Source: Candidatus Saccharimonadota bacterium
GTDB taxonomy: Bacteria > Patescibacteriota > Saccharimonadia > Saccharimonadales > UBA4665
Assembly: GCA_963716945.1 (NCBI GenBank)
Contig: OY970322.1
Span: 30,001-62,000 of the forward strand
Length of the DNA stretch: 32,000 nucleotides
Direction: 5' to 3'
Shown: positions 23,898 through 31,106 of the stretch, one piece after another
Layout: each line of letters begins with the position of its first letter
Position numbering within the stretch: the first letter of the stretch is position 1
Notes under the pieces: model-generated
What the model saw: the letters and a program-made list of their open reading frames with translations, nothing else
Database searches by the model: none
What the model was told of the DNA's origin: nothing
Made by a program: the position numbers and the translations under genes

Positions 23898-24303
23898 GGT
23901 CTTCCGCTTCCATAATCGCGTTCGCAATCCACCGGTCGCGGATCTTGCCGGCTTTGTCCAAAGCCTTGATCCGGCCGATATCCAGCCAGCGGGCGTCAAG
24001 CAGTTCCGTCTTGTCGATCTTGAGGCGGCCGGCCGTGACTTTGGCCTCGAAAGCGTGATACGTGATGCTGCCGTCGGGTTTGCTTTCGGAGTATACGGGT
24101 TCCGGTTCGGCAAGTTTTACTTCCAGGTTAACTTCTTCCTTGGTTTCGCGAATGGCGGCCGCTTGAATCGTCTCGCCCTCGTCGACATGGCCGCCGGGCA
24201 AGCCCCATAGTCCGTAAGCCGACGTCTTTTTTTCTTGTACTAGCAGGTAGCGTCCGCGGCCGTCCCTTAACAAGACGGCGGCGATGGTTGCGGCTTCAGC
24301 CAT
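23878..24303 (-). CDS. NUDIX hydrolase
   Basis: Nudix box GGHVDEGETIQAAAIRETKEEVNL. ATG 24303 is preferred over TTG 24327. Overlaps the yebC stop by 8 nt and the ruvC start by 20 nt. Confidence 0.85.
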   Translation of the reverse strand: MAEAATIAAVLLRDGRGRYLLVQEKKTSAYGLWGLPGGHVDEGETIQAAAIRETKEEVNLEVKLAEPEPVYSESKPDGSITYHAFEAKVTAGRLKIDKTELLDARWLDIGRIKALDKAGKIRDRWIANAIMEAEDHENLGH

Positions 24304-25024
24304 TGAGCAGCTTCTCGTCGATGTCAAAATTGACGTGGGTCGAACTCACGTCGTCGATGTCTTCGAGGGCATCCATCAGGCGCATGATTTTGCCGGCCGT
24401 GTTGGCATCGGTGATCTCCACGGTACTATTCGGAACATAAGTCAGCTCGGCTTCCAGAACTTCCAGGCCGGCGGCAGTTAGGCCTTCACGGACTTTGGCC
24501 AGTTCTTTCGGATCAGTGTAAATAAGCGATTCACCGTCCTCTTCCTGGACATCTTCGGCCCCGGCGTCGAGCGCCTGCATCAGGACATCGTCGCCCGAGC
24601 CTTTGACCCGTATCATGCCCTTATGGTCAAACTGAAAAGCCACGGCGCCCTTCTCGGCGATGTTGCCGCCGTGCTTGGAAAAAGCCAGCTTGACGTCGGG
24701 ATAAGTCCGGTTGATATTGTCGGTGGCGCATTCGACCAGTATGGCCACACCGCCGGGTCCGTAGCCTTCGTACATGACTTCCTGCATCTGGGCGGCGTTT
24801 TTGTCTTTGACGCGGTCGATCGAGCGCTGGATGTTGGCGGCCGGCATGTTGGCAGCCTTGGCCCGGTCAATCGCCAGGCGCAGCGAGAAATTCATGTCCG
24901 GGTCGGTACCGCCGCGGGCAGCAATGGCGATAGCGTTGCCGAGCTTAGTGAAAACGGCGCCGCGGGCGGCATCCTTAGCGCCTTTTTGGCGCTTGATGGT
25001 CGACCATTTGCTATGTCCGCTCAT
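24296..25024 (-). CDS. yebC: YebC/PmpR family DNA-binding transcriptional regulator
   Basis: MSGHSKWSTIKRQKGAKDAARG... is a canonical YebC N-terminus, and the classic yebC-ruvC linkage is present. Confidence 0.95.
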   Translation of the reverse strand: MSGHSKWSTIKRQKGAKDAARGAVFTKLGNAIAIAARGGTDPDMNFSLRLAIDRAKAANMPAANIQRSIDRVKDKNAAQMQEVMYEGYGPGGVAILVECATDNINRTYPDVKLAFSKHGGNIAEKGAVAFQFDHKGMIRVKGSGDDVLMQALDAGAEDVQEEDGESLIYTDPKELAKVREGLTAAGLEVLEAELTYVPNSTVEITDANTAGKIMRLMDALEDIDDVSSTHVNFDIDEKLLNG

Positions 25025-26496
25025 GTTGCCGGGTCCTCGGTTCCAAGTTCTTTCATATCTGTTATTATATCAGGTCCGGTAATTTTTGTCTTGTGCCAGA
25101 GCATAAAAGTTACGAGAATTATCAGGCCGTACAAGCCCAGCATGGCGGCCAGCGGCAAACTCCGGTTCTGGACAAAAACATGCGGGATGCAAGCCATTAA
25201 ATGGGCAGTATCGAGCATGTAGTTAAGCAGGCCGGCGGCCGGCCAGGCCAACCAGCCGGCCACGGCCCCGCCCAGCATACCGGCCAAGCCGGCTATCAAC
25301 GACAGCAGCATCGCCAGCGGCACCAGTGTCACCACCAGCACATTGGCCGGTAAGCCAATCAGCGACATCTGCCCGAAAATATAGAGGACGAACGGCAGGC
25401 TCATGGCTTCGGCGCACACGCTTTCCAAGGCCACGCCGCCGATCAGCGATTTGTGCCACCGGCCGGGCTGCCGGGCCTGGATTAGCGGCGACACGATCAT
25501 GACGCCATAAAAAGCCAAAAAACTAAGGTACCAGCTCAGGTCACTCCAGATATAAAACGGATTGGCCCAAGCCGTAACGGCAGCCGCTAGGGCCAGCAAA
25601 TTCAACGGTTTCATCGACCGGCCATAATAGCCAGTGACAATGCTTAACATGCTAACTATTGCTGCCCTGACGATTGATGCGCTGGTGCCGGCAAGCAACA
25701 GGAACAGGCCGATCAGGCCGAATGACAATAACGTCGACAGGCGTTTGGAACGCCTGGCCATCAACCGCCGGCTGGCCTGCAGGATAATCGTCAGGTTATA
25801 ACCGGAAACCGCGATGATATGCGTCAGTCCGACCATCAGTAAATCCTGCTTAACATTGTCAGGCAGCGTCGCCCGCTGGCCGACCAGCAGGCCCATGGCG
25901 AACGGCGCCAGCGGCTCCGGCAAGGCCGTTTGCATGCCGGCCGTGAACCGGCGCCGGATGTCGCTAACCACCGATGGGTGCCTAGCCGTCACGCTTAGTT
26001 CGGCGAAGCTCATCCGCGCCTGGTAAGCCCCGTAGCCCGGATATAGTTTGCCCGTCGCCAGCACTTCGTCATCCTGAAAGACGGCATTCTCGCCGAAACC
26101 GCTGATCTCTATCTGGCCTGTCATCTTCCGTCCGTCGGGCATGACTACGTCCTTGGCATTGAAGGCCAGCTGTTTGTTGGTACCGTAAACGGCGTCGTCG
26201 GCCGCCCGGACCGCAATCGTAATTTTCCGGTACTGCCACGGCCCGTAAGCCGCCAGTTTGCCCATGTAAACCGAACCGCGCCAACAGCCCAGGCATAGGC
26301 CGAAGAGGGCTATGAAAACCAGAGCCGCGAGTGTCCTGTGCCGCCAAGCCGGCAGCAAAAACAGCGTGCCGGCCCAGCACCAAACCGCACCCGGCACCAA
26401 ACCAGAACGAGCCAGCCCCACCCCGCCTAAGACCCCTAGGCAAAACACCAGCGTCAAAGTTGTCCGCCGAAACCGGTACCGCCAAGCCCGCCGCAT
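25021..26496 (-). CDS. comEC: ComEC/Rec2-family DNA internalization channel, short form without a C-terminal metallo-beta-lactamase domain
   Basis: N-terminal TM helices plus an OB-like segment, then a polytopic competence domain with GLTHIIAVSGYNLTII. Ends after the last TM helices at 491 aa. Confidence 0.85.
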   Translation of the reverse strand: MRRAWRYRFRRTTLTLVFCLGVLGGVGLARSGLVPGAVWCWAGTLFLLPAWRHRTLAALVFIALFGLCLGCWRGSVYMGKLAAYGPWQYRKITIAVRAADDAVYGTNKQLAFNAKDVVMPDGRKMTGQIEISGFGENAVFQDDEVLATGKLYPGYGAYQARMSFAELSVTARHPSVVSDIRRRFTAGMQTALPEPLAPFAMGLLVGQRATLPDNVKQDLLMVGLTHIIAVSGYNLTIILQASRRLMARRSKRLSTLLSFGLIGLFLLLAGTSASIVRAAIVSMLSIVTGYYGRSMKPLNLLALAAAVTAWANPFYIWSDLSWYLSFLAFYGVMIVSPLIQARQPGRWHKSLIGGVALESVCAEAMSLPFVLYIFGQMSLIGLPANVLVVTLVPLAMLLSLIAGLAGMLGGAVAGWLAWPAAGLLNYMLDTAHLMACIPHVFVQNRSLPLAAMLGLYGLIILVTFMLWHKTKITGPDIITDMKELGTEDPAT

Positions 26497-26502
26497 CCGG
26501 GC

Positions 26503-26511
26503 ATTCTAACA
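26503..26511 (-). promoter_or_regulatory. Extended -10 TGtTAGAAT 6 nt upstream of the comEC ATG (leaderless-type)
   Basis: Minus-strand TGTTAGAAT-gcccgg-ATG with no Shine-Dalgarno. Confidence 0.45.
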
Positions 26512-26572
26512 ATCCCGGCCGTCAACTACCCGCCAGCTTAATTAACGTTTAACGATGTATGTCCGGTGCCTT

Positions 26573-26581
26573 TGTTATCAT
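26573..26581 (+). promoter_or_regulatory. Extended -10 TGtTATCAT 6 nt upstream of ATG 26588 (leaderless-type)
   Basis: TGTTATCAT-aagatc-ATG. Supports start 26588 rather than the upstream ATG 26555. Confidence 0.4.
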
Positions 26582-26587
26582 AAGATC

Positions 26588-26881
26588 ATGGACCTTCAAG
26601 CGGTTGAGAATAATTACAAAAGCCTGGGTCTGGTGGCTTTGCGGCAGTCGGATAAGCCGGGTTTTGTTTATGAGCCTCACCGTCATGGCGAAGTTCGCCT
26701 TTATACAGTCAAGGGCTCGGCTAGTATAAAGCTCGATGATGGGGATTGGCGCACCACAAGCCCCGGCCAGGAGATCATAATCCACGATGGCCAGTTGCAC
26801 GAAGCCGTGGCCGGCCCGGAAGGCTGGGAGTATATTTTTGCCTCCAGCCCAGAGGAAGCTAAGAGACAGGGCTTACTTTAG
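26588..26881 (+). CDS. Small cupin-domain protein
   Basis: EPHRHGEVRLYTVKGSASIKLDDG...PGQEIIIHDGQLHEA matches the two-motif cupin pattern. Alternative start at 26555. Confidence 0.6.
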   Translation: MDLQAVENNYKSLGLVALRQSDKPGFVYEPHRHGEVRLYTVKGSASIKLDDGDWRTTSPGQEIIIHDGQLHEAVAGPEGWEYIFASSPEEAKRQGLL

Positions 26882-27463
26882 ACCGGGCCTGGTTTTCAAC
26901 GGCGGCCCCTCGTGGTAGATGCAAACCAGCATTATCAAGCTGTAAACGATCATGAAAATCTGGAAGACGGACACCGCGGAGATCTTATAGGCGACCAGGC
27001 TGAGGAAGGACGCCAAAGCGCTTAGCGCGTACAGCCAGGGTGATTCCGTATTAGGGTGATGCCAGGTCTTTACATAGGCCGGCAGGTAAGCGACAAAATC
27101 GGCCAGCAAAGCAAACCAAATCGCTACGACCGGGTTGCCGGCAATTTGCCAAGCCGCTACGCCGGCCAGGGCCACGACCAGACAGACCCAGTCAAAGATA
27201 CTGGTGCCGCCAATGCCGAACCCGTGTATCAAACTTAGGACCAAAAAAGCGATGGCGCTGACAAAGAGTATGCCCGAATAAACCTTCGCGCCGGTATTGG
27301 CATGATCCGCCAAAATACTGACAAAGCTCAGCGTCAGAATCACCAGCACCACGAACCGGGTCGTCCGGTGGGGTTTGGTCCGGCCGCGGATAATGCTCGC
27401 GCAATATATGAGGCCGGCGGCCGTAATCAGGATCGTGCTCAGGGTAAGTAAGGCCGTCCTCAT
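26873..27463 (-). CDS. Six-TM integral membrane protein of unknown function
   Basis: 196 aa from ATG 27463 (MRTALLTLSTILITAAGLIY...). The start overlaps the upstream stop (TAATG). The ORF-track extension to 27712 is an Arg-rich out-of-frame overlap with the upstream gene. Confidence 0.7.
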   Translation of the reverse strand: MRTALLTLSTILITAAGLIYCASIIRGRTKPHRTTRFVVLVILTLSFVSILADHANTGAKVYSGILFVSAIAFLVLSLIHGFGIGGTSIFDWVCLVVALAGVAAWQIAGNPVVAIWFALLADFVAYLPAYVKTWHHPNTESPWLYALSALASFLSLVAYKISAVSVFQIFMIVYSLIMLVCIYHEGPPLKTRPGLK

Positions 27464-28938
27464 TACATGGGCGTGGAGGAGCTCTGCCAGTTGAAGGCGA
27501 TTTGACTGCTGCCGTCGGCGCAAGTGTAGGCGTAAAAAGTGCCGCTCCAGTATGACGACCACTGGTTGCCGCTGCCTTCCTTGGTCACGCTGCAAGTATA
27601 GCCGTTGGAACTGAAGTTGGAACCGTTGGCGGCGGCTACGACCTCTTCGGCCGTCGTGCAGGTAGCGCCGCCGGAGATGGCGATTTGGGCGTAGTTTGTC
27701 GAGGCGCCGCACTGCCCGGCGCCCGGCAGGGTCGGCTGCAATGCTCCGGGACCGCCAATCGTGACGGTCGCCGTGGGGGTTGACGTGCTGGGCGAGCTGT
27801 CGCTGGTGCCGCCGCTGTTATCGGCGCTGGCCGGCTGCCAGTTGAAAGCGACTTGGTCCCGGCCGTCAGCACAGGAATACGAGTAGAAAGTACCGCTCCA
27901 ATAAGATGACCACTGGGTATTGCTGCCCTGCTTGGTGCCGACACAGGAATAGCCGTTCGATTTGTAGTTTGCCCCGTTAGCCTCCGTGGCGTCCTGGATG
28001 ATCGCTTCGGCCGTCGTACAGGACGCACCGCCGGATATGGCGATTTGGGCGGCGTTTTCTCCTGAGTCGCACTGGGTGCCGCCTACCTCGGTCGGCTGCA
28101 GTCTCGGACCTGTCGAGCCCAAGTGCGGCTTAGTAAACCCAAGCAATATGAACAGCAGTACGATAACCACCATGAAAATCTTATAGGCTTTCGGAATCCA
28201 GGGCAGCTTCGCCGGATTAATAGTCCTTATGAAGGTGGCCGCGTAAAACACGCTTATGAAAAGCGAGCTCCACAAGTCAACGAACTTGAGCGTATGGCTG
28301 CCGGACGAAGCCAGCAGCGACACGAAACTGAAGACCGCGGCTATCAAGGCCGCGATGCCGAACAGCGCGAACAACACGGCATGGATGACCATCACGACCA
28401 TAGCGGCGTTTTCTTTTTTCTTCGTCTCTTTTTTGGAATAGAAGAAATCGGTCGCGAATGAAATCGGCAGCAGGACGATGGCGGCCGAGATCACGTAATA
28501 ATTCGCGTTCGACGCGTTGTCACTATTTAATAATTGAGCAAAAACGGCATAGGTCAGGATTGACAGAATCAGCACGGTCCAGCCCCAGAACGCGTATGTC
28601 AGCCACTGGATTATTATCGTCAGGGCGTTGGTGTTGTGGTTCTCGGCCTGGTCTTGCGGCGGCAGTGCCGGTTGGGGCGGAAAGCCGCTCACGGCCGGCG
28701 CCTGGTAAGCCGCTGGCGGCGCGGCGTTAGCCGGCGGCGGCGCCGTCGGATAGTTATTCGCCGGGCTGAAGGTATGGGAGATTTGCGGCTGGGGGCCGGT
28801 TTCGGACGGCCGGTCCGGTTTGGAACCGTTCAAAAAAGAAGGGCTGTCAGCCTCAGAAGATTTGTCGCTCGGGCTGCCGGCAGCGGTTTGGTCATCAGAA
28901 CTTTGGTGTTGGTTTTTGTCCTCTGAGAGGTCGTCCAT
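27463..28938 (-). CDS. Polytopic membrane protein with Pro/Gln-rich N-terminus and two tandem ~90-aa four-cysteine C-terminal ectodomains (unknown family)
   Basis: About 100 aa of low-complexity N-terminus, about 5 hydrophobic helices (residues 105-268), then two copies of LQPT..QC..AQIAISGGA.CTTAE..NG.N..SNGY.C..K.GS..QWSSYWSGTFY.Y.CADG..Q.AFNWQ. Confidence 0.8.
   Translation of the reverse strand: MDDLSEDKNQHQSSDDQTAAGSPSDKSSEADSPSFLNGSKPDRPSETGPQPQISHTFSPANNYPTAPPPANAAPPAAYQAPAVSGFPPQPALPPQDQAENHNTNALTIIIQWLTYAFWGWTVLILSILTYAVFAQLLNSDNASNANYYVISAAIVLLPISFATDFFYSKKETKKKENAAMVVMVIHAVLFALFGIAALIAAVFSFVSLLASSGSHTLKFVDLWSSLFISVFYAATFIRTINPAKLPWIPKAYKIFMVVIVLLFILLGFTKPHLGSTGPRLQPTEVGGTQCDSGENAAQIAISGGASCTTAEAIIQDATEANGANYKSNGYSCVGTKQGSNTQWSSYWSGTFYSYSCADGRDQVAFNWQPASADNSGGTSDSSPSTSTPTATVTIGGPGALQPTLPGAGQCGASTNYAQIAISGGATCTTAEEVVAAANGSNFSSNGYTCSVTKEGSGNQWSSYWSGTFYAYTCADGSSQIAFNWQSSSTPM
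27481..28101 (-). repeat. Intragenic tandem duplication encoding the two four-cysteine domains
   Basis: Copy A at 27835-28101 (residues 280-368) and copy B at 27481-27741 (residues 400-486), joined by a Ser/Thr/Pro linker. Similarity is visible at both nucleotide and protein level. Confidence 0.85.
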
Positions 28939-28944
28939 GTGCTC

Positions 28945-28973
28945 ATGTTAATTAAAACACTTGTGCTTGTCAA
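28945..28973 (-). promoter_or_regulatory. Strong promoter TTGACA-17-TAACAT with the -10 box 6 nt upstream of ATG 28938 (leaderless-type)
   Basis: Minus-strand TTGACA (28973-28968), a 17-nt spacer, TAACAT (28950-28945), gagcac, then ATG. Confidence 0.55.
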
Positions 28974-28996
28974 AATATTATCGGGCCGCTGCAACC

Positions 28997-29788
28997 CTAT
29001 GGAGCCAGTACCGTACCGCCCCATTCCACGGCCGTAAAGCCTGTGCGGTGGAAGACCGGAAAGCTCTGGGGCGTCACCTTGACCGGCTGCTCCAGCGGTT
29101 TTTCAACCATGAAGACCCGGAGCAGCGAGTCCGGGCTGGGCGCGATCGACAGCTTGGCTACGTTAGTGTATTCGCTGCCGGCGAAATGTATAAGCGTGTA
29201 CTTATTGGCTTCGAGTTTGGGCGCCCAATAGCTTATGAAGCCGGCTTTTTCGGTTTGGTTAAGGCCGATTGCGGCAAGCTCTTTGTCCAAAAAGGCCGTT
29301 GTCTGGCCCCCGGCGACGACGAAGCCGTCATTCATATCAAACGAAAATGGCTGCGGATTGCCTTCCCAGTACAGGTAGGGGTAGGTCTTGCCGTCGGCGG
29401 TATCGGTTAAGCGACCATTGGGTTGGGCGGTGACGTTCCAGCCCGACTGCTTGTTGTACGACGGCACGGTGGCCGAGAAGCCAGCCGGGAAGTTTAGGGT
29501 CACATGGATATTCTCGGTGTGGGTCGGATAAAGGTAGATAACCGGCTTGTCGGCTATGGCGCAATCGGCCTCGGGACAGCAGTCTGAGCTCGAAGAATAA
29601 TCGCTGCCGTAGGCGCCGCAGTCTCCCTGGTTGCCGGTGATATTAAAATGGGGGAACCATGTGTCGTTATTCGCAGTCTGATAAATTGCCAGCTGGTAGC
29701 CTAAGAAAAATATGACGATGGCCCCGACGAACAAAAAAGCCGCGACAATGATGCCGTATATTAAATAAGCAATGTGCTTATGCTCCAT
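28997..29788 (-). CDS. N-terminally anchored exported protein of unknown function with a Cys-rich stalk
   Basis: MEHKHIAYLIYGIIVAAFLFVGAIVIFFLGY signal anchor, a GDCGAYGSDYSSSSDCCPEADC cluster, then a conserved-looking domain (KPVIYLYP...YPYLYWEG...DGFVV...FISYWAPKL). Start chosen downstream of the MFS stop. Confidence 0.7.
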   Translation of the reverse strand: MEHKHIAYLIYGIIVAAFLFVGAIVIFFLGYQLAIYQTANNDTWFPHFNITGNQGDCGAYGSDYSSSSDCCPEADCAIADKPVIYLYPTHTENIHVTLNFPAGFSATVPSYNKQSGWNVTAQPNGRLTDTADGKTYPYLYWEGNPQPFSFDMNDGFVVAGGQTTAFLDKELAAIGLNQTEKAGFISYWAPKLEANKYTLIHFAGSEYTNVAKLSIAPSPDSLLRVFMVEKPLEQPVKVTPQSFPVFHRTGFTAVEWGGTVLAP

Positions 29789-29797
29789 AATAAGCGA

Positions 29798-29806
29798 ATT
29801 ATAGCA
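29798..29806 (-). promoter_or_regulatory. Extended -10 consensus TGcTATAAT 9 nt upstream of ATG 29788
   Basis: Minus-strand TGCTATAAT-tcgcttatt-ATG within the 25-nt gap after the MFS gene. Confidence 0.45.
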
Positions 29807-29813
29807 TGGGTCT

Positions 29814-31004
29814 TCAGATTTCGGCGTGCACCCCGCTAACCTGTTCTGAAGTGCGTATCCAGCGAATGGCATAGCTAGCCGGTATGGCAACGACCAGGCC
29901 TACGGCCAGAACTGCTTTAGCCGAAACGACTAGGCTGAGCAGCAATAAAAAGCCAAATAACAAAACGTCGCCCACCATTGAAGCCATGTTCATAGCATAC
30001 AAATAAGGCAGCATCGGCTCGTGCTCGGCGTTGAGGTAATAGCGTGAGTAGTAGGGCGTGACTATGAGGGCCTGGCCGAGCCCGTTAACGAAATTGACAC
30101 CGGCAACCTGGCCGATCGACTGAATGAGCAGCCGGATGGTATTGGTCAGGCTGATGACATTAGTGCCGTGCCTGAGGTAGCCTGACATCTTTCTGGCATG
30201 CCTGCGGCCGACATAGAGGGCAATGATAATGCTGGCGATTACCGCCACCGAGCTCAGAATACCGACGCCGACATAAGTCGGAACTAGCAGGAAAATAAAT
30301 AACGGCCAAACGCTGGTGGCCACCATGGCGTCCACTTCGGAGCCCATATTGGCGACCAGGTCCCGCCAGACTTTGCGCAGACGCAAGTCCCGTATTCTGT
30401 ACAATTCATTCTCCATATATTCGGGCCCGACAAACAAAGGCAGGGCGGCGGCTACGAAGCACAGCATCGTTATGACGTAGAGGAAGCTGATACCCAGCCA
30501 GCTGGCGATCGCTCCGCCAATTGCGGGCGCAACGCCGTAAGCCAGCATTAACAGGGCCGAGGATAACCCGACTGCCGTTCCGACGCGCCGGTGCGACAGG
30601 CTGCGCGTGAAACAAGCCCTAAACTGGGGCCAATACAGCGCTATCGACACGCCCCACACGAGGGCGATAGACCATAGCGGCCAATGGAAGGTCGTGATAG
30701 TCGCCAGCATCAATATTTGCGCGCCTTGGATGAGTAAGCTGATACCCATGCAACGGTTAAAGCCGATGCGGCTGGCCAGCCGCAAAGCCGGTGCCTGGCA
30801 GACACCCCAAAAGAGCGTGGAGAGCAAGAAATAGCCCATAATCGCCGAGACGCTATAGTGCAACCGGTAGAAATAAATCGGCACAAAAATCGTGACCAGG
30901 CTGGAGGCCAGTTCTTTGACGGTATGCGCCCAATACAGCCGCCGCAACTCAGTCAAGCGAATGCGGACAAGATGGTAGTGATACTGGCCGGCGTGGTGAG
31001 TCAT
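29814..31004 (-). CDS. MFS-type transporter (about 12 TM)
   Basis: 396-aa polytopic protein with two six-helix halves and basic inter-helix loops (RLASRIGFNR, GRRHARK) resembling MFS signatures. Family call made by eye. Confidence 0.6.
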   Translation of the reverse strand: MTHHAGQYHYHLVRIRLTELRRLYWAHTVKELASSLVTIFVPIYFYRLHYSVSAIMGYFLLSTLFWGVCQAPALRLASRIGFNRCMGISLLIQGAQILMLATITTFHWPLWSIALVWGVSIALYWPQFRACFTRSLSHRRVGTAVGLSSALLMLAYGVAPAIGGAIASWLGISFLYVITMLCFVAAALPLFVGPEYMENELYRIRDLRLRKVWRDLVANMGSEVDAMVATSVWPLFIFLLVPTYVGVGILSSVAVIASIIIALYVGRRHARKMSGYLRHGTNVISLTNTIRLLIQSIGQVAGVNFVNGLGQALIVTPYYSRYYLNAEHEPMLPYLYAMNMASMVGDVLLFGFLLLLSLVVSAKAVLAVGLVVAIPASYAIRWIRTSEQVSGVHAEI

Positions 31005-31106
31005 GATTATGACAGGTTTTAATTAAGTTTGAATGTTAATAATCTATACAATCATAACAGAATTAGTCGAATGTGGAGTACTGGTAGTTCGGGCGCGCGG
31101 TGCGCA

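Noticed and set aside
23898-24113. 5' extension of the ruvC ORF
   Set aside because: A Pro/Arg/Ser-rich sequence overlapping the NUDIX gene. The canonical RuvC N-terminus MRILGIDPG begins at ATG 23897.
27464-27712. 5' extension of the 6-TM protein ORF (ORF track 26873..27712)
   Set aside because: The extension (MRRLDKLRPNRHLRRRYLHDGRRGRSRRQRFQ...) is Arg-rich and overlaps the well-patterned Cys-repeat domain gene out of frame. ATG 27463 directly precedes the first TM helix and overlaps the upstream stop (TAATG).
27481-28101. Whether the two similar DNA segments are a diversity-generating-retroelement template/variable repeat pair
   Set aside because: The differences are spread over all four bases rather than confined to adenine positions. 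Both copies are in frame in one gene, and no reverse transcriptase gene is present.
29789-29890. 5' extension of the exported-protein ORF into the MFS gene
   Set aside because: It overlaps the MFS 3' end. ATG 29788 is preceded by a TGcTATAAT box and immediately encodes the signal anchor.
31005-31013. TGtCATAAT box immediately upstream of the MFS start codon
   Set aside because: Only 1 nt separates the hexamer from ATG 31004, so a transcript from it would start inside the ORF. It does not fit the 6-9 nt spacing seen at the other genes.
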